Part shown: positions 18,443 through 28,616 of the stretch, piece after piece
Layout: each line of letters begins with the position of its first letter
Position numbering within the stretch: position 1 is the stretch's first letter
Assembly: GCA_902609885.1 (NCBI GenBank)
Contig: CACLTT010000003.1
Location: 8,809-72,808, forward strand
Source of the DNA: an uncultured Candidatus Hydrogenedens sp.
GTDB lineage: Bacteria > Desulfobacterota_D > UBA1144
DNA: 64,000 bases
Direction: 5' to 3'
Notes under the pieces: generated by a model
What the model saw: the letters and a program-made list of their open reading frames with translations, nothing else
Database searches by the model: none
What the model was told of the DNA's origin: nothing
Translations under genes and position numbers: made by a program

Positions 18443-19099
18443 ATGAAAATTCATAAAGAAATTATTAAATGTAGAATCTGCCCAAGACTAGTTCAGTTTC
18501 GCGAAAAAATTGCAAAAGAAAAAAGAAAACAATATATGGACGAAACCTATTGGGGAAAACCTGTTACGGGTTTTGGAGATATGAAAGCAAACATAGTTAT
18601 TGTTGGGTTAGCACCAGCTGCACATGGTGGTAATAGAACCGGAAGAGTTTTTACTGGGGATAGATCAGCCGAATTTCTTTACAGATGTCTACATAAAAAA
18701 GGTATTAGTAATTTATCAAACTCTCTTAATATCAAAGATGGATTAAAATTAAAAGATACATATATTACTACAGCATTGAAATGTGTACCACCTGGAGACA
18801 AGCCAACAAATAAAGAATTATTTAATTGTTTTAATTATTTTGACACTGAATTGGATACATTAAAAAATTCAAAGAAAATAATTGCGCTAGGAAAAATAGC
18901 ATTTGATGCATGTATTAAATATTATAAAAATAAGTATCCAAGTGTAGAGCTAAAATATAAATTTAAACATTCAGAATACTTTAAAATGCCTGACAATAAA
19001 ATACTCTATGGCTGCTATCATCCAAGTCCAAGAAATGTAAATACGGGAAAAATAGATGAAAAAGAAATGATAAAATTTTTAGACTTAGTATATAGTTAA
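18443..19099 (+). CDS. uracil-DNA glycosylase, Fe-S family 4/5
   Basis: N-terminal CRICPRL Cys, GLAPAAHGGNRTGRVFTG motif, C-terminal Cys. Confidence 0.8.
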   Translation: MKIHKEIIKCRICPRLVQFREKIAKEKRKQYMDETYWGKPVTGFGDMKANIVIVGLAPAAHGGNRTGRVFTGDRSAEFLYRCLHKKGISNLSNSLNIKDGLKLKDTYITTALKCVPPGDKPTNKELFNCFNYFDTELDTLKNSKKIIALGKIAFDACIKYYKNKYPSVELKYKFKHSEYFKMPDNKILYGCYHPSPRNVNTGKIDEKEMIKFLDLVYS

Positions 19100-19104
19100 G
19101 TTTA

Positions 19105-19154
19105 TCGAGCAAGATTTCTAAAAGTCGCACTCAAGGGGGTGAAATCTTGCTCGA
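19105..19154. other. 13-bp perfect inverted repeat with 24-nt GC-rich spacer
   Basis: tcgagcaagattt ... aaatcttgctcga; loop ctaaaagtcgcactcaagggggtg. Confidence 0.6.
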
Positions 19155-19225
19155 AGCTTATTATTTCATAATAAATATTTTTTCAAAAATTTTCAATTAC
19201 TTTAATACAATTTAAAAAAATAATA

Positions 19226-19259
19226 TGTACCATTTTGGTATAAATACCTCTATGGTACA
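19226..19259. promoter_or_regulatory. nested palindrome; candidate operator of the RHH regulator
   Basis: tgtaccat-ttt-GGTATaaATACC-tct-atggtaca, ending 8 bp before the RHH gene ATG. Confidence 0.4.
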
Positions 19260-19266
19260 ATAAATT

Positions 19267-19605
19267 ATGCCTAGAGATAGCCAATTTCATTTAAGAATTA
19301 ATAAAAATATATATACAAAGCTTAATAAGATTTCTAAAAAGGAAGGTAGAAATATCTCTGATGTAATAAGAGAAGCCATAGCAGAATATCTATTAACCAG
19401 AAACTATTTAAGTGATGATCCAAATAAAATAATATCTAAAAAAACAAAACCAACCAATAAAACTATTGAGAGTATAATTGAGTCCTTAGCTGAGAGTTAC
19501 TATAATAAAAATTTAACTTCCAAAAAAACAACACTAAAGAAAAAAACAAGAAAACAGAAAAATCAAACTATTGAAGAAATCTTGGAAAATCTAATTTATG
19601 ACTGA
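19267..19605 (+). CDS. ribbon-helix-helix (CopG/Arc-like) DNA-binding protein with Lys/Thr-rich tail
   Basis: N-terminal pattern QFHLRINKNIYTKLNKISKKEGRNISDVIREAIAEYL is typical of RHH beta-alpha-alpha. Confidence 0.5.
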   Translation: MPRDSQFHLRINKNIYTKLNKISKKEGRNISDVIREAIAEYLLTRNYLSDDPNKIISKKTKPTNKTIESIIESLAESYYNKNLTSKKTTLKKKTRKQKNQTIEEILENLIYD

Positions 19606-20425
19606 TTTAAAATATTTAATAATTACCGATTTAGATGGAACTCTTCTAAATTATGAAACTTTCTCTTACAAACCAATAGTCCCATTTATAAAAAAAATAA
19701 TATCTAAGAAAATTTTAATTATTCCTAATACTAGCAAAACGAAAGATGAAGTCTTAAAATTTTTAAATGAAATTAAGTACCCTACCCCGTTTATAGTCGA
19801 AAGTGGCAGCGCAATATATTACCCAAAAAAATTTAATTATTCTGGAAAAATAAAAATTAACGATTTTGAATTAATATATTCTTCGAAAAATAAAAAAAGT
19901 ATTCATAAAGTACTTAGTTCAAAAGATTTCAAAAATTATAGAAATCTTTATAGAATAACAAATGATATAAAAAACATGGATCTAGCAAATTTTTCTGGTC
20001 TAAGTATAGAAAATCTAAAAGACATTAAAAAAAGAGACTTTAGTGAACTAATTGTTTGGGATTCATCAAAAAAAAATCTTAACAAATTCAAAATGCTTTT
20101 AAATAAAAAAGATTTATCGCTTCTTGAAGGGGCACGTTTTTTGCATCTAAAAGGGAGAGGAGATAAAGGTATCGCAATTAATAAATTATTAAAATTTATG
20201 AAATCATCTAAAATTACTATAAACAAGACAATTTCCTTAGGTGATAGCATAAATGACATACCTATGTTAAATAGCACAGATTTTTCTTGTATTATTAAAC
20301 TACCAAATAAGGATTATATAAATTTTAATGGAGAATCAGTATTTAGATCTAAAAAAGAAGCACCATTAGGCTGGAAAGAAGCCCTGATGTCTATAGGAGA
20401 ATTTGCTGATTATGTGTATGAATAA
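19598..20425 (+). CDS. HAD-IIB phosphatase, mannosyl/glucosyl-3-phosphoglycerate phosphatase family
   Basis: DxD motif ITDLDGTLL, C-terminal GDSINDIPM. Overlaps the upstream and downstream genes (operon). Confidence 0.7.
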   Translation: MTDLKYLIITDLDGTLLNYETFSYKPIVPFIKKIISKKILIIPNTSKTKDEVLKFLNEIKYPTPFIVESGSAIYYPKKFNYSGKIKINDFELIYSSKNKKSIHKVLSSKDFKNYRNLYRITNDIKNMDLANFSGLSIENLKDIKKRDFSELIVWDSSKKNLNKFKMLLNKKDLSLLEGARFLHLKGRGDKGIAINKLLKFMKSSKITINKTISLGDSINDIPMLNSTDFSCIIKLPNKDYINFNGESVFRSKKEAPLGWKEALMSIGEFADYVYE

Positions 20426-21633
20426 TGTCGGATTTTCATCAAAACGGAATAATAACAACACTACATAATTTTAGTAACTTATCTAAAAAAACTATCGAAG
20501 AGGAATTGAAAAAATTTTCTAAAAAAAGGCCTATTCATTTAATTCTTCCTTCTTTGTTTTCGGAACTAAAAAGACCCGCTCTTAAAAAAATAATATCAGA
20601 ACTCAATAAAGTAAACTATATTAGTGAAGTAATAATTGGGCTTGATCAGGCAAATGAAAGCGAATTTAAATATTCAAAAAAATTCTTTAAAAGCCTCAAG
20701 ATTCCTCATACTATATTATGGAATGATGGACCAAAACTATTAAAATTAAATGCTGAACTAGAAAGTATAAATCTTGCTCCTAAAGAGTTTGGTAAAGGAA
20801 GAAATGTTTGGTACTGTCTTGGATATTCAATATCAACAGATAAAGCTGAGGCGATAGCAATTCATGATTGTGACATCATTACATATACATCAGATATTTT
20901 ATCAAAGCTTATCTATCCCATAGTTAATCCCAATTTAAATTTTGAGTTTTGTAAAGGGTATTACCCCAGAGTTTACGGAAGTAAGATGAGTGGAAGAGCT
21001 TCTAGGCTGTTAGTAACTCCCCTGATTAAATCTCTTAAAAAAATTATAGGTGAAAATGAGTATCTAGATTTTATGGATTCATTTAGATATCCATTAGCTG
21101 GAGAATGTTCATTTAGAAAAAGAATTTTAAGAGATTTAAAAATACCTAGTGACTGGGGTCTTGAAATTGGAATTCTCTCAGAAATGCACAGAAACTATAG
21201 AAATAGTAAAATTTGTCAAATTGATATAGCTGATAAATACGAGCACAAACACCAAGATCTGTCGGATAATGATATAAATAAGGGGTTGTCAAAAATGTCA
21301 ATTGATATATCAAAAACTTTTATTAGAAAACTTGCAACACAAGGGCATATTTTTTCACTTGAGACTTTCAGAACTTTAAAGGCGACTTATTTAAGAACAG
21401 CTTTGGATTATGTAGAAATCTATAAAAAAGATGCAATCATGAACAACATTAATTATGATGAACATACAGAAGAAAAGGCTGTGGATGTATTCTCTGAGAA
21501 TATAATGAAAGCTGGTGAGATATATTTAGGCTTGCCGTTAGATACACCTTTTATCCCAACCTGGAACAGAGTTGAAAGTGCGAAGCCTGATTTTCTGAAA
21601 AAATTAAAAAAAGCTGTGGAACATTACAATTAA
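20425..21633 (+). CDS. glycosyl-3-phosphoglycerate synthase (GpgS/MpgS-type glycosyltransferase)
   Basis: GT-A-like fold with DxD (IHDCDII). Its size and operon context with the MPGP-family phosphatase support the call. Confidence 0.6.
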   Translation: MSDFHQNGIITTLHNFSNLSKKTIEEELKKFSKKRPIHLILPSLFSELKRPALKKIISELNKVNYISEVIIGLDQANESEFKYSKKFFKSLKIPHTILWNDGPKLLKLNAELESINLAPKEFGKGRNVWYCLGYSISTDKAEAIAIHDCDIITYTSDILSKLIYPIVNPNLNFEFCKGYYPRVYGSKMSGRASRLLVTPLIKSLKKIIGENEYLDFMDSFRYPLAGECSFRKRILRDLKIPSDWGLEIGILSEMHRNYRNSKICQIDIADKYEHKHQDLSDNDINKGLSKMSIDISKTFIRKLATQGHIFSLETFRTLKATYLRTALDYVEIYKKDAIMNNINYDEHTEEKAVDVFSENIMKAGEIYLGLPLDTPFIPTWNRVESAKPDFLKKLKKAVEHYN

Positions 21634-23369
21634 TGGATAAAGATTTTGAAGCAGAGGTAACTTTACATTTAAAAAGAATCTACAAAGGAATCAATATAAA
21701 TAAAAAAATAGATGTATTTGCCAAAGAGCTTATAAATATAATTGGAAAAAATAGAAAATTTAAACAACCTGAAATAGGAAAAAACTTATGGTCTGAAAAG
21801 GACATTATGTTAATTGCCTATGGAAATTCAATCAATTCTCCAGGACATGAGCCCCTAAAAACATTAGGAAATTTTGCAAATAAACATTATAAAGATTTAT
21901 TTTCAATACTACATATTTTGCCATTCTTTCCTTATAGCTCTGATGATGGTTTTGCCATCAAAGATTATTATAAGGTAGATAATAAGCTTGGTGATTGGAA
22001 AGATATAAATAAGATATCAACGGATTTTAAACTAATGAGTGATCTTGTGATAAATCATATTTCAAGTGAAAGCGAATGGTTTAAAAATTTTTTAAATGAT
22101 AATGGTAAAGGTAAAGATTATTTCCTAATCGTTAATAAAGAAATTGATTTAAACAAAGTATTCAGGCCCCGTGCTAATGATATTGAGAAACCTATAAAAA
22201 TAAATGGTGTAAATAAAACTGTATGGTGTACTTTTGGCCACGATCAAATAGATTTTGATTTTTCTAACCCAGACGTTCTAAAAGAATTTGTATCAATTAT
22301 TAAATTTTATTTAGATAACGGTGTTAAACTTTTTAGACTTGATGCAATTGCGTTCATTTGGAAACAAAAAGGTACAAGATGTATTAATCTAAATCAGACT
22401 CATGAAATCATTAGATTGTTTAGAACACTTATTGATCATTGCTATGCGGATATTGTACTTTTAACTGAAACTAATATATTAAAAAGAGAAAATTTAACGT
22501 ATTTTGGAAATTCTAATGAAGCCCATTGGATCTACAATTTCTCTCTCCCCCCTATATTAATCTATACAATGATTACAGGGGATTGCACCAGACTTGTTCA
22601 ATGGTCTATGACTATGCCACCTTCACAAAATGGTACTGCATATTTAAATTTTATTTCTTCGCATGATGGGATCGGTCTCAGGCCAGCTGAAGGAATTCTT
22701 AATCAAAAAGAACTTGATCTATTAGTGAGCTCCATCGTAAAACTCGGTGGTAAAATTTCATCAAGAAAAACACCAAAGGGCAAACTAGCAGCCTACGAAA
22801 TGAATATAACTGTCGTGGATGCCCTATCAGGAGATAAAGATGGTTTTGATGAATTCTCACACGAGAGATTCATGTGCGCTCATGCTATCATGCTTTCCCT
22901 AGAGGGAGTTCCAGCAATATATTTTAATGCACTTGTAGGGACTAAAAATGACTATATAGGCTTAGAAAAAACAAAAATGAATCGATCTATTAATAGATTT
23001 AAATGGAAAAAGGATGAATTATCATTGATCATGGACGATAAAAATTCTCACAACTATATAAAGTTCAATGCTCTCAAAAGACTTATTTCTATTAGAAAGA
23101 ATCAAAAAGCGTTTCATCCAAATGCTAGTCAATTCACTCTACAACTAAATAAAAAAGTATTTGGATTTTATAGACAATCAACTGATAGGGAACAAACAAT
23201 TTTTTGTCTTAGCAATGTATCTAATAAATATCATTCCTTATCATTAATTGATTTGAATATCAAAATTAGTGGTCAATGGAAAGATCTTATCTCTGAGGAT
23301 AGTTTAGAATTTGATGATAATTATTTACACTTAAAGCCATACCAGACAGTATGGTTATCGAATTTATAA
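21633..23369 (+). CDS. GH13 sucrose-phosphorylase-family glycoside phosphorylase (likely glucosylglycerate phosphorylase)
   Basis: FRLDAIAFIW nucleophile region; GH13 TIM-barrel landmarks; 578 aa. Confidence 0.7.
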   Translation: MDKDFEAEVTLHLKRIYKGININKKIDVFAKELINIIGKNRKFKQPEIGKNLWSEKDIMLIAYGNSINSPGHEPLKTLGNFANKHYKDLFSILHILPFFPYSSDDGFAIKDYYKVDNKLGDWKDINKISTDFKLMSDLVINHISSESEWFKNFLNDNGKGKDYFLIVNKEIDLNKVFRPRANDIEKPIKINGVNKTVWCTFGHDQIDFDFSNPDVLKEFVSIIKFYLDNGVKLFRLDAIAFIWKQKGTRCINLNQTHEIIRLFRTLIDHCYADIVLLTETNILKRENLTYFGNSNEAHWIYNFSLPPILIYTMITGDCTRLVQWSMTMPPSQNGTAYLNFISSHDGIGLRPAEGILNQKELDLLVSSIVKLGGKISSRKTPKGKLAAYEMNITVVDALSGDKDGFDEFSHERFMCAHAIMLSLEGVPAIYFNALVGTKNDYIGLEKTKMNRSINRFKWKKDELSLIMDDKNSHNYIKFNALKRLISIRKNQKAFHPNASQFTLQLNKKVFGFYRQSTDREQTIFCLSNVSNKYHSLSLIDLNIKISGQWKDLISEDSLEFDDNYLHLKPYQTVWLSNL

Positions 23370-23414
23370 AAATTTTAAATTTAATTAATAAATATGTGTA
23401 TTATTTAATAATAT

Positions 23415-24392
23415 ATGAGAATATGTGAAGTAATTGCCGATAAAAAATATAAACGAATTTTAATAACTATTGCTGAAAAACAGGGAGCCATAGACTACTG
23501 GTGGTCATCTGAACTAGAAGATGGCAGGCAAATTTTTACAATGGTTGTTACTGATGATACAAGACAATCCTTAATTGACAGTTTGCAAGTCCTCTTCGAG
23601 GAAGATAAAAAGGCAAAGATATTGATTTTACCAGTTGATGCCTCAATACCAAGACTCCAAGAATCAAAGGAAAGTGGATCAGAAATTTCATCAAAAACTA
23701 CAAGAGAAGAACTATTTGAACAAGTTACAAAAGGGGTTAGTTTTAATCTTAATTACGTTTTTATGGTTATATTGTCGTCTATAGTTGCGACTATAGGGCT
23801 ATCAGAAGATAATATAGCTGTTATAGTGGGTGCTATGGTAATTGCTCCTCTATTAGGTCCAAACCTGGCACTTTCATTTGCAGCAACAATCGGTTCTAAA
23901 AAATTGATTATTTCTTCATTAAAATCACTTTTGATGGGAATCTTATTGACACTTTGTGTTACCTTCTCAATATCTTTCTTTGCAGATATTAATTTTTTAA
24001 GTAATGAAATTCTATTAAGGACAAAAGTTGGTATAGGAGATATCGTTCTTGCACTTGCCTCAGGCGCAGCTGCAGCGTTATCTATGACAACAGGAATTTC
24101 TGCCTCATTAGTTGGCGTCATGGTTTCAGTTGCCCTACTCCCTCCTGCCGCAAGCTTTGCTATTTTGTTAGCTAACGAAAAAATTGAATTAGCTGCAGGT
24201 GCATTGATATTATTATTGATAAATACTGTTTGTGTTCAAATAAGTGGAAGTTTAGCTTTTTTATATCAAGGTTTTAGAGGTAGAACTTACATAGAAAGAG
24301 AGGAAGCAAAAAGTGGATTGGCCATATTTACAATATTTTGGACAATCTTAATTGCTATATTAATAATAGGTTTAATTTTTTACAAGGTATAA
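23415..24392 (+). CDS. DUF389 / TIGR00341-family membrane protein
   Basis: Soluble N-terminal domain followed by a Gly/Ala-rich multi-TM region. Confidence 0.4.
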   Translation: MRICEVIADKKYKRILITIAEKQGAIDYWWSSELEDGRQIFTMVVTDDTRQSLIDSLQVLFEEDKKAKILILPVDASIPRLQESKESGSEISSKTTREELFEQVTKGVSFNLNYVFMVILSSIVATIGLSEDNIAVIVGAMVIAPLLGPNLALSFAATIGSKKLIISSLKSLLMGILLTLCVTFSISFFADINFLSNEILLRTKVGIGDIVLALASGAAAALSMTTGISASLVGVMVSVALLPPAASFAILLANEKIELAAGALILLLINTVCVQISGSLAFLYQGFRGRTYIEREEAKSGLAIFTIFWTILIAILIIGLIFYKV

Positions 24393-24394
24393 CA

Positions 24395-24793
24395 ATGTTA
24401 GATTGGATAAATAAGATGCTTAAGGATAATTTTATTGAGGAATTAGGAATTGAACTTGTTAATTATAATGATAATAAAATTAAGTTAAAAATGAAAGCAG
24501 ATAATAAGCTAAAAGCTCCTAACGGATATATCCATGGGGGTGCAATTACATCCCTTGCTGATACAGCATGTGGAATTGCAACCTTTTTGAATATTGAAGA
24601 GGGTCAAAATTTTACAACTATTGAATTAAAAACAAACTTTATAAGTGCGGCAAGTATTGGTGATAGTTTATTATGCGAAGCAATTTTAATTCATAAAGGA
24701 AGAACTACTCAAGTATGGGATGCAGAAATTATTAATGAATCAAGTAGCAAGAAGATTGCCATTATGAGATGTACTCAGTTCATTTTTACTTAA
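24395..24793 (+). CDS. PaaI/4HBT hotdog-fold thioesterase
   Basis: YIHGGAITSLADTACG motif. Confidence 0.75.
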   Translation: MLDWINKMLKDNFIEELGIELVNYNDNKIKLKMKADNKLKAPNGYIHGGAITSLADTACGIATFLNIEEGQNFTTIELKTNFISAASIGDSLLCEAILIHKGRTTQVWDAEIINESSSKKIAIMRCTQFIFT

Positions 24794-25543
24794 TCATTTT
24801 TTAATAACAATTTTTTTTAATTTTTCTTGGGTTTCTGGAGAATAAAAAATATCTAAAAAAAATTCAAGTTTTGAATCATGATCATCAAGTAATGATAAAT
24901 CAGAGATTCTCAAAGAACTTTTAAGATCCTTAATAGCAATACTACTTTTAGAGCTATATTCCTCAATAATAGCATCGAAATAGCTGTCATCATTTTCTTC
25001 ATATAACCCATTAATAAGTCCATACTCTAGTGCTTTTGTAGTGTTCAGCAAGTTACCACCAAGTAATATTTCTTTAGAATTTTTTACACCAACTATAGTT
25101 TTTAATATCTCAATTGTAGAGCTAAAAAGAGACAAGCCAATTTTAATTTCATTTAAGGCGATTTTTGATCTGTTATTAATCATATACCTAAAATCTGTGC
25201 TTAATGCTAGCATGCAACCACCTCCGGTAGCATGGCCATTGATTTTTGAAATTGTAATTTTAGGGCATAGATATATTTTCTTACAAGTATCAGTTAATAA
25301 AACTAATATTTTTTTTAAACTTGCTCTTTCTAAATCTAAGAGCTCTGGAATATCTAAGCCGAACGAAAAAAATTTGCTTTTACCGCCCGAAAAGATAATT
25401 AGGTTTAAGTTAGGATTATTCTCTAAACTACTAAGCAAATAATTTAACTCATTTAAAAATTCTAAATTCAGGGCATTAACGGGGTTTCTGTTGAAACATA
25501 TCTTCGCACAGGAACCGATTATATTGTGTGTAATAAGAGACAC
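24794..25543 (-). CDS. enoyl-CoA hydratase/isomerase (crotonase) family
   Basis: GHATGGGCMLALSTDFRYM oxyanion-hole region. Confidence 0.75.
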   Translation of the reverse strand: MSLITHNIIGSCAKICFNRNPVNALNLEFLNELNYLLSSLENNPNLNLIIFSGGKSKFFSFGLDIPELLDLERASLKKILVLLTDTCKKIYLCPKITISKINGHATGGGCMLALSTDFRYMINNRSKIALNEIKIGLSLFSSTIEILKTIVGVKNSKEILLGGNLLNTTKALEYGLINGLYEENDDSYFDAIIEEYSSKSSIAIKDLKSSLRISDLSLLDDHDSKLEFFLDIFYSPETQEKLKKIVIKK

Positions 25544-25564
25544 ATCACAATTATAAACGATTTT

Positions 25565-25750
25565 CTATGTCAAAGCTGCTATAGTCATAAAAACAGTCGC
25601 AAATAAAACCAAAAAATAATAACTTAAAGCTCTTACTAAAGGTGCTTTAGGCATCATATGTTGGTCATACATGCGAAGATATTCAGATTTACTATTCTGT
25701 TTTTTACGTCTAGCATATGAACTTTTAGAAATAAATGTATCTTTTGCCAT
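25565..25750 (-). CDS. small tail-anchored membrane protein
   Basis: 61 aa; basic N-terminus and a single C-terminal TM. Confidence 0.3.
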   Translation of the reverse strand: MAKDTFISKSSYARRKKQNSKSEYLRMYDQHMMPKAPLVRALSYYFLVLFATVFMTIAALT

Positions 25751-25885
25751 GATCGACCTCCTATTGTCTATTTAATGAATATAAATACATTTTTTTTTAT
25801 GTCAAGGTTTTATGATAATTTTTAATTATTTTCTTAGACATAATTATTATTTCCCAAAAATTATTTTATCAGTTAAATTAAATGA

Positions 25886-26059
25886 ATGAGATATTTAACA
25901 ATTTTCGTTTTGCTTTTAACTTTATCACTATCTGATGTCTCGTTTGCAGGTCACTGCAGTGGTGGTCATGATGAAAAATCAGATTCCTGCTCAGAGGGCT
26001 CATACGGAGAAAGCGCTTCATCTTGTAGTGAAAAGTCTAGCGACAGACAAGAAAGCTAA
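25886..26059 (+). CDS. unannotated small secreted Cys/His/Ser-rich peptide (57 aa)
   Basis: MRYLTIFVLLLTLSLSDVSFA signal peptide, then GHCSGGHDEKSDSCSEGSYGESASSCSEKSSDRQES. Ends 25 bp before the azurin gene. Confidence 0.4.
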   Translation: MRYLTIFVLLLTLSLSDVSFAGHCSGGHDEKSDSCSEGSYGESASSCSEKSSDRQES

Positions 26060-26084
26060 TTAGCCAGTTATTAAGGAGATTTTT

Positions 26085-26534
26085 ATGAAGTTTTTAACTT
26101 TTTTTATAACTTCCCTTACTTTTTTAATTAATGTACAGGTCCTTGCATCGGATTGTTCTTTTGAACTTGAAGGGAATAAAATGATGCAGTTTTCTACATC
26201 AACTATTAATGTAGATAAAACATGCACAAGTTTTACAATAAAGTTCAAAAATACTAGTGATTTACCTATAGATCTTGCAGGTCATAACGTAGTTGTTTCA
26301 AAGTCTTCAGATTTTGATAATCTTATCTCTTTAATTGACCCCGCTAATGGTATTAATCAGGGCTATTTGCCTCCATCACCTCAAGTGGTTGGAAAAACTC
26401 CCCTTTTAGGTCCTAATGAAACATATGATCTTGTTATTGATTTAAATAAGCTAGATTTTAGTCAACAATATGTTTATTGGTGCAGTTTTCCTGGGCATTA
26501 TGGAATTATGAAAGGTAATCTAGTTTTCAATTAA
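26085..26534 (+). CDS. azu: azurin (type-1 blue copper protein)
   Basis: CSFPGHYGIMKG copper-ligand loop (Cys-x2-His-x4-Met); signal peptide; AAGGAG RBS. Confidence 0.85.
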   Translation: MKFLTFFITSLTFLINVQVLASDCSFELEGNKMMQFSTSTINVDKTCTSFTIKFKNTSDLPIDLAGHNVVVSKSSDFDNLISLIDPANGINQGYLPPSPQVVGKTPLLGPNETYDLVIDLNKLDFSQQYVYWCSFPGHYGIMKGNLVFN

Positions 26535-26776
26535 TTATCTGAATATTCCAATAAGCACCTGAAATCTGTTTCTAACTCATTACCTTCAAAATCTATATGG
26601 CAAACATTTATTTCATGTCTTCTACACCAAACTTGAAGTCCAATATCAGTAAAACCTACATCAAGCCTACTGTACTCTTGAATGGTTCCAGCATCTGTCG
26701 TTCCTGATTCAAATTCTGATTGACACTGAGAGCATATAACATACCCATTAATGGAATTAGTTAAAGAAGTTCTCAT
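26531..26776 (-). CDS. hypothetical Cys-containing small protein
   Basis: 81 aa; CSQC ... C..H. Confidence 0.35.
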   Translation of the reverse strand: MRTSLTNSINGYVICSQCQSEFESGTTDAGTIQEYSRLDVGFTDIGLQVWCRRHEINVCHIDFEGNELETDFRCLLEYSDN

Positions 26777-26841
26777 TGTTTGATTTAACCTGATATTTCT
26801 TAATTACCAAATTATTCTTTATAATAAATTAAGATAATAAA

Positions 26842-28515
26842 ATGAAATTTCTATTAATTTTAAACCTTCTTTTGTTTTTTTCATTTCCATCTTTCGCAAA
26901 CACAAAAACTTGTATCGAAAAAGATCCTGTAGGTACGAAATACGAGATGACTAATCCAACCATTGCTTCTGGTGAATCCTATTTTAGAAATGAAGACCCT
27001 GTAAGGGCATTTTATAATTTCTACCAAATGCATTTAGAAAAAGGAGATCTTTCAAAAGAATCCAGAAAAAAAAGACCTTATCTCGATCAAAATCTAGCAT
27101 CTGCAAGAGCCTGGATAGGTTGGATGTATTCTGAAGGTATATGTGTTGAGAGGAATTATATAAAAGCAGCCGAATGGTATCAACGAGCTGCAAACACAAC
27201 TAATAAAATAACAAAAAGAAATATATGGCTTTATGGAAATTTAGCTCAACTTTATCTTGATCAAGGATTTGGAATTAGTAAGCCTGAACTTGGTATTAAA
27301 TATCTCTCAAAAGCTTTTGAATTTAAGAAATTTGAAGAGAAATCATTCGAGTTTGATTTATTAGTTTGGACAATTAATAGTATTCACAATCTATATAAAG
27401 AGGATATTCAGCAATTTTTGGTAGCTTCACTTGCTTTAATTAAATATTTGGATTTTGATTTCCCTGAAAGTAAAGAATTAAAGGAAAATGCTTCTTTTAA
27501 TTCATTAATGAAAAAAAATGGAATATATAAAAAATACTATTTGATAAAATATTATTTAGGAAAAGAATTGCTTACTGGAGAAAATACAGAAAAAAATGAA
27601 TATATAGGATCAAAAATGATTCTCAATGCTAGTAGAATTGGAAAAATAAATGAAGCTGGTATTTATGCTGCTGAAGTTAATGAAAAAGGTTTAGGAGATT
27701 ATGATAGAAATATTCAATATGCACTAGATTGGATTGACTGGAGCCTTAAAGGTACCAAAGATAAAGAATATATAAAAGAACTAAATGTGAAAAAAGATAG
27801 GATAATTCAGAATTTATCAGATAAAGATATTAAAGATCTTTATGGTTATAAGAATCGTAAATCATGGGAATTTGGTAGAAAATATGCGATATCACAATCC
27901 TATATTGATGAAATTAGTAAATTTAAAGTAGCTGACGATAAAACATTGACTCAGGCTATTGAAAGAGGAATTGATGAGGATTATCTATTTAAATCTTTTG
28001 GTCAAAACACCGAACTTAGCGAAAAAGAGCAAGGCATTTTATATCAATTTCTTGTCGATGAAAAAGAAGCCTCGGGTAAAATATTTACATCAGCTTTAGA
28101 TATCAAGGAAAAGAGAGATGAAGAAAATGCTAAGAAAGCTGAAGAAGAGGAAAAAATAAGGGCTAAGGAAAGAGCAAAAAGACTAGCTGCTAATCCTTAT
28201 AAAATAGTTATCAGTTGTGAGCATTTTGATAGTCATACCAATATAAATGCATGTTTACTAGGTGACATTGATAGTAAAATAAAAATAACTAAAAGTGGAA
28301 GTAGTTATATTTATCAACCCTGGGATTTACAACGCCTAGGTAGCGAAACTTATGAGGGATTAGAGTTTAATATTTCTTCTAACTCATCTGTGGGTGCTTC
28401 AAATGTAAGTGAATATTTAATTTTAAAAATTGAAGTTTATGACAGAATATCAAATAAGCTGATTAAAACTGTGAGTGCTGGATATTTAGATTATGCTTAT
28501 GTTAAACTAAGATAA
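26842..28515 (+). CDS. Sel1-repeat (TPR-like) secreted protein with charged coiled-coil segment
   Basis: Signal peptide; Sel1 signatures AAEWYQRAAN; KKAEEEEKIRAKERAKR segment. Confidence 0.6.
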   Translation: MKFLLILNLLLFFSFPSFANTKTCIEKDPVGTKYEMTNPTIASGESYFRNEDPVRAFYNFYQMHLEKGDLSKESRKKRPYLDQNLASARAWIGWMYSEGICVERNYIKAAEWYQRAANTTNKITKRNIWLYGNLAQLYLDQGFGISKPELGIKYLSKAFEFKKFEEKSFEFDLLVWTINSIHNLYKEDIQQFLVASLALIKYLDFDFPESKELKENASFNSLMKKNGIYKKYYLIKYYLGKELLTGENTEKNEYIGSKMILNASRIGKINEAGIYAAEVNEKGLGDYDRNIQYALDWIDWSLKGTKDKEYIKELNVKKDRIIQNLSDKDIKDLYGYKNRKSWEFGRKYAISQSYIDEISKFKVADDKTLTQAIERGIDEDYLFKSFGQNTELSEKEQGILYQFLVDEKEASGKIFTSALDIKEKRDEENAKKAEEEEKIRAKERAKRLAANPYKIVISCEHFDSHTNINACLLGDIDSKIKITKSGSSYIYQPWDLQRLGSETYEGLEFNISSNSSVGASNVSEYLILKIEVYDRISNKLIKTVSAGYLDYAYVKLR

Positions 28516-28616
28516 TGTTACCTATTTGGACAATGCTTTTTTTTATTTTTTTTACAATTTTTTTAGCACTTAATTATGAGAGTATATTCAACTTCCTTGG
28601 AATAAATATATAAATT

